Assembly: GCF_021054785.1 (NCBI RefSeq)
Contig: NZ_CP088239.1
Location: 330,001 to 362,000 of the forward strand
DNA: 32,000 nucleotides
From: Tannockella kyphosi
GTDB lineage: Bacteria > Bacillota_I > Bacilli_A > Erysipelotrichales > Coprobacillaceae
Reading direction: 5' to 3'
The notes under the pieces are model-generated. The model searched no databases and was not told the origin of the DNA. It saw only the letters and a program-made list of their open reading frames with translations. Position numbers and translations under genes: made by a program. Below, in pieces: positions 29,137 to 32,000 of the stretch; within the stretch, counting starts at the first letter, position 1, and the number at the start of each line of letters is the position of its first letter.

Positions 29137-29721
29137 ATGAAAAAGAGAATCATTACAATTGCTCGTGAATATGGATCTGGTGGGCGAGGGATTGCACAAA
29201 AATTAGCAGAGGAATTGGGTTTAGTATATTATGATAACGAAGTGATTCATTTAGCAGCATTGGAATTAGGGGTTGATGTTTCTGTAGTTATGGAAGTGGC
29301 AGAGACTAAAAGTTCACCATTTATGTACAATACCGGATCTTTTCATATGGATTTACCAATGAATGATAAGGTTTATGGTGCTCAAGCAAAGATTATTCGT
29401 CATCTAGCAAAATACGATCAGTGTATTATTGTAAATCAATGTGCGGATGCTTTTTTACAGGGCAGAGAGGATGTTATTCGTGTCTTTATACATGCTCCTT
29501 TAGAATCTCGTATTCAGCGAGTCCAAGAAGAATACGGAGAAGATCAAGAAGATATTAAAAAATACATTCAAAAAAAGGACAAGCAACGTGCTAGCTATTA
29601 TAATTATTATACAGAACAAAGATGGGGTAATGTAAGTAGTTATGATATTACATTAAATAGCGATATGGGATTTGATAATGTAATCAAAGCCATTCGTGGA
29701 ATTTTTGATAACAAAGACTAG
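29137..29721 (+). CDS. Cytidylate-kinase-like family protein (P-loop NTPase)
   Basis: 194 aa beginning KRIITIAREYGSGGRGIAQKLAEELG, typical of the cytidylate_kin2 family. Extended -10 TGGTATAAT at 29093-29101. Confidence 0.75.
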   Translation: MKKRIITIAREYGSGGRGIAQKLAEELGLVYYDNEVIHLAALELGVDVSVVMEVAETKSSPFMYNTGSFHMDLPMNDKVYGAQAKIIRHLAKYDQCIIVNQCADAFLQGREDVIRVFIHAPLESRIQRVQEEYGEDQEDIKKYIQKKDKQRASYYNYYTEQRWGNVSSYDITLNSDMGFDNVIKAIRGIFDNKD

Positions 29722-29841
29722 AAATAGTCTTTTTCACTACTCATAAATGAGCGGTGAAATAAATAATAACTCATTAAAGAGTGCTTTCTCTAAAATCGCA
29801 GATAAATAATTATAATAAGAGTGATGAAGGAGGAGGTATAC

Positions 29842-30183
29842 ATGATTGGAGAAAGAATTCAATTTTTACGTAACGAACATAACCTAAAACAAGAAGAATT
29901 AGCGAAGATATTAAAAATAGGGCATAGTACTTTGGCAGCATATGAACAAAACAAGAGAAAGCCTAAAGTGGAAACAATTATTTTAATAGCAAAATATTTT
30001 AATGTTTCTACTGATTTTATTTTAGAGTTAACAAATAAACCAGATCAACAATATAACCAAGGCAAAACTTTGGTAGATAATAAACACTTTGTATCCATAC
30101 CAGACTCTTTGTGGGATGTAGAAGTAGCAATTGATGAATTTGAGTTATTAAAGGAGTTTATCGTTTATAAATACAATAAATAA
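29842..30183 (+). CDS. XRE-family helix-turn-helix transcriptional regulator
   Basis: MIGERIQFLRNEHNLKQEELAKILKIGHSTLAAYEQNKRKPKVETIILIAKYFNVSTDFIL. GAAGGAGGAGG SD. The ATG at 29842 is preferred over the GTG at 29821. Confidence 0.85.
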   Translation: MIGERIQFLRNEHNLKQEELAKILKIGHSTLAAYEQNKRKPKVETIILIAKYFNVSTDFILELTNKPDQQYNQGKTLVDNKHFVSIPDSLWDVEVAIDEFELLKEFIVYKYNK

Positions 30184-30184
30184 G

Positions 30185-30880
30185 ATATATCGCATTGCAA
30201 TATGTGATGATGACCAACAATTTTTAGAAAAACTTCAGCAACACTTCAAACCTTATTTACATAAAATAGAACTCACATCTTATCAAGATCCTAATGAATT
30301 ATTAGAAAATATAAAACATTATCATGCAATACTAATAGATTATGAAATGAAAACGATGACAGCTTTTGATCTATTAGAAAAAATTAGAAAAGAAAACATT
30401 TTAAAAGTTATCATTAGCTCTCATAATGAATATATTTATCAAAGCTTTGCATATCATATTTTCTGGTATATCCAAAAACAACAGTTATCAAAATACTTTC
30501 CTATTATGATGGAAAAGTTAATAGAACAGATGGAACAAAATAACCAAAGGATAATATTAAATGAGGGCAGTGTTCATATTAATATTCCTAAAGAGGAAAT
30601 AAGATATATAGAAAAACAAAAGAATTATCTTTATATTCACGCAAATCAAACATATAAAATTAGATATTCATTTAAAGACTTTGTTGTTCAATTTTATGAC
30701 GATGATTTTGTAATACCAATATATGGAACAATGGTTCACATCCAAAATATAAGGTATGTACATAGTGGTAGAAAGCATCTTATATTATGGGACGATACAA
30801 CATTACCAATTAGCTATACCCATAAAAACAATCTCTTACAAAGAACAAATGCATATAAAATGAAAAGACCAAACAGTTAG
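30185..30880 (+). CDS. LytTR-family response regulator (AgrA-like). The receiver-domain N-terminus is in frame but lacks a canonical start codon, so it may be a pseudogene or use a non-canonical/coupled start
   Basis: The frame is open from 30152. From 30185 it reads IYRIAICDDDQQFLEKLQQHFKP...AILIDYEMKTMTAFDLLEKIR...VIISSHNEY (REC-like), then a LytTR domain (IPKEEIRYIEKQKNYLYIHANQTYKIRYSFKDF...). The first ATG/GTG/TTG in frame is at 30347. Confidence 0.6.
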   Translation: MYRIAICDDDQQFLEKLQQHFKPYLHKIELTSYQDPNELLENIKHYHAILIDYEMKTMTAFDLLEKIRKENILKVIISSHNEYIYQSFAYHIFWYIQKQQLSKYFPIMMEKLIEQMEQNNQRIILNEGSVHINIPKEEIRYIEKQKNYLYIHANQTYKIRYSFKDFVVQFYDDDFVIPIYGTMVHIQNIRYVHSGRKHLILWDDTTLPISYTHKNNLLQRTNAYKMKRPNS

Positions 30881-30891
30881 TTTGGTCTTTT
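30863..30891. terminator. Bidirectional terminator between the LytTR gene and convergent agrD
   Basis: AAAAGACCAAAC (30863-30874) agtta GTTTGGTCTTTT (30880-30891), a 12-bp stem with flanking A/T runs. Confidence 0.75.
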
Positions 30892-30909
30892 AAAAGAAAG
30901 AGTGATTTT

Positions 30910-31035
30910 TTATTTGTTATTTAATTTGGCAGGCATTTCTGGTTCATATAACCAGAAGAATGTTCCAATATTGCTTGCTGAAAGTGCAATAGCACAGATA
31001 CCTAAACATAATAATGATTTAAATTGTTTTTTCAT
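30910..31035 (-). CDS. agrD: AgrD-like autoinducing peptide precursor (41 aa), not in the ORF track
   Basis: MKKQFKSLLCLGICAIALSASNIGTFFWLYEPEMPAKLNNK. AAGGAG 8 nt upstream, 17-nt overlap with the end of the AgrB-like gene, AgrD-like tripartite layout and YEPxxPxKL tail. Confidence 0.7.
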   Translation of the reverse strand: MKKQFKSLLCLGICAIALSASNIGTFFWLYEPEMPAKLNNK

Positions 31036-31534
31036 GTGATAATCTCCTTAATATAATTAATAATATAGTTATTAGTACTGCTAAAAACATACAAAAACTA
31101 ATAGTAGAATTTAAGCAATACACGATGTAAAAAGCAATGAACATGATACCGTGGATAAATAAGTTCTTTTCATAAGAAACTAAGTAATTAATTACTAATA
31201 ACACTGCAAAAACATAATATATATATCTAGGCGCAGCTACTGTATGTATCATCGTTGTTGTTAAAAACATGAGAATATTAGAACATATAGTACATTGTAA
31301 AAATGTTTTGCAGTGATAGCTTTTATGTGCTTTACGAAAAGGGACAAAAATAATATTAAATAAAACAAATTCATAAAACAACCCACATGTAATAGAGACT
31401 AGTATTGCTAATGCAGTGTTAATGGTTGTTGTTATTATTGCTTCGATACCATATCTTAATATTTGAATGTCCTCTAAGTCATCGCTTACTGTAATTTTAT
31501 GTGCTAACTTATTTGATAATCCAATAATGTTCAT
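31019..31534 (-). CDS. agrB: AgrB-like accessory gene regulator B (AIP-processing membrane peptidase)
   Basis: 171 aa, multi-TM. N-terminal ..DLEDIQILRYGIEAI.. and FRKAHKSYHCKTFLQCTICS, where His and Cys are 7 residues apart as in S. aureus AgrB H77/C84 (..RRHAHGAHAPSSFWC..). AAGGAG SD. Confidence 0.8.
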   Translation of the reverse strand: MNIIGLSNKLAHKITVSDDLEDIQILRYGIEAIITTTINTALAILVSITCGLFYEFVLFNIIFVPFRKAHKSYHCKTFLQCTICSNILMFLTTTMIHTVAAPRYIYYVFAVLLVINYLVSYEKNLFIHGIMFIAFYIVYCLNSTISFCMFLAVLITILLIILRRLSHEKTI

Positions 31535-31557
31535 ATAAATCTCCTTCTTTCTACGAA

Positions 31558-31586
31558 ATCATACTAAAATAGTGTGGAATTGTAAA
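31558..31586 (-). promoter_or_regulatory. Putative agrBD promoter
   Basis: Minus strand reads TTTACA (31586-31581), 17 nt, TATGAT (31563-31558), about 20 nt upstream of the agrB SD. Confidence 0.5.
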
Positions 31587-31620
31587 CAATGTGGTAAAAT
31601 TATAACAATAGAGGTAAAAT
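31585..31620. repeat. Imperfect tandem direct repeat, candidate LytTR-regulator binding site
   Basis: AACAATGTGGTAAAAT (31585-31600) and AACAATAGAGGTAAAAT (31604-31620). Period ~19-20 bp, abutting the -35 of the agrBD promoter. Confidence 0.45.
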
Positions 31621-31633
31621 ATGGAGGTTTTTG

Positions 31634-32000
31634 ATGGATATAGTCATTTTATTAGTTTTTGCTTTTGGAGAAATGTTTTTATGTTTGTTGTTATGTGATG
31701 TATTTTTGAAGTATAAAGATACAAAGTTAGGGACAAAGATTATTTTGTCTGTTGTTTATGGTGTAATGATGCACTATGTGGGTGTGGTTGATAATAATGG
31801 TATTTTTTCATTTGTAATCTTTTTGTTTTGTTTATTTGTTTATGGTTATTTATCAACGGGGACAAATTTTAGAAAAATAATAATGACAGTATTTTTGGTT
31901 GCAGTGAATTTAATGGTTATTAATGCATTATTTTTGGTATTAGCGTTTTTAAGTGCGGAATCAACTACTAGTTTGTTGAATGGTACAGAATCAGAGGTGC
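31634..32000 (+). CDS. Multi-TM membrane protein, N-terminal part (3' end outside window). Possibly the sensor domain of an AgrC-like histidine kinase
   Basis: GGAGG 6 nt before the ATG at 31634. Open to the window end: MDIVILLVFAFGEMFLCLLLCDVFLKYKDTKLGTKIILSVVYGVMMHYVG...MTVFLVAVNLMVINALFLVLAFL.. (at least 4 hydrophobic segments). The kinase call is based on context only. Confidence 0.4.
   Translation, partial: MDIVILLVFAFGEMFLCLLLCDVFLKYKDTKLGTKIILSVVYGVMMHYVGVVDNNGIFSFVIFLFCLFVYGYLSTGTNFRKIIMTVFLVAVNLMVINALFLVLAFLSAESTTSLLNGTESEV

Noticed and set aside
29747-29809. A 20-codon ORF (MSGEINNNSLKSAFSKIADK) upstream of the XRE gene, considered as a possible signalling peptide.
   Set aside because: It has no SD, and its hydrophilic sequence has no leader or export features. 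The region more likely holds the XRE promoter or operator (ACTCATAAATGAG-like repeats, TATAAT at ~29811).
30150-30190. Programmed +1 frameshift or readthrough fusing the XRE protein to the LytTR regulator.
   Set aside because: There is no slippery heptamer or stimulatory structure at the junction, and an HTH-REC-LytTR fusion has no precedent I know of. Start-codon loss or coupled reinitiation is a simpler explanation.

Overview
Low-GC Bacillota-type chromosomal segment using the standard genetic code (TGA acts as a stop, e.g. the pheA/aroK ATGA overlap). Taxonomy is inferred only from gene content. Most of the window is housekeeping. It holds the sufU-sufB tail of a Fe-S assembly operon, 5-formyl-THF cyclo-ligase, a MOP-family flippase, a GIY-YIG protein, an iron alcohol dehydrogenase and the sporulation gene yunB. 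On the minus strand are a 7-tRNA operon (Val-Thr-Tyr-Gln-Lys-Leu-Gly), pgi and a yugI-like S1-domain gene. Next come a NifU-like gene, metK behind an S-box-like SAM riboswitch, hpf, a TIGR01212-type radical SAM gene, and two tandem fused ATPase-FtsX (MacB-architecture) ABC transporter genes. A T-box-controlled operon aroF-aroB-aroA-aroC-pheA-aroK follows, then grcA, a GNAT gene, archaeal-type proS, a tyrosine phosphatase, an ArpU-like regulator, an NCS2 purine permease, TspO, an alpha/beta hydrolase and a cytidylate-kinase-like gene. Several genes match the B. subtilis 'yu' region (sufU/sufB, yunB, pgi-yugI, yutI-like nifU). The last ~2.2 kb (29.8-32.0 kb) looks accessory and is the most interesting part: an agr-like quorum-sensing locus that the ORF track only partly reveals. 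It has an XRE regulator and a LytTR response regulator whose receiver domain has no canonical start codon. Converging on these are an AgrB-like gene and a 41-codon AgrD-like peptide gene absent from the ORF track. The predicted ring-forming position of that peptide is Thr rather than Cys or Ser. Direct repeats abut the agrB promoter, and a divergent multi-TM gene, possibly AgrC-like, runs off the window. No CRISPR array, IS element, integrase or prophage block was seen. All calls come from reading the sequence and recalling family motifs; no searches were run.
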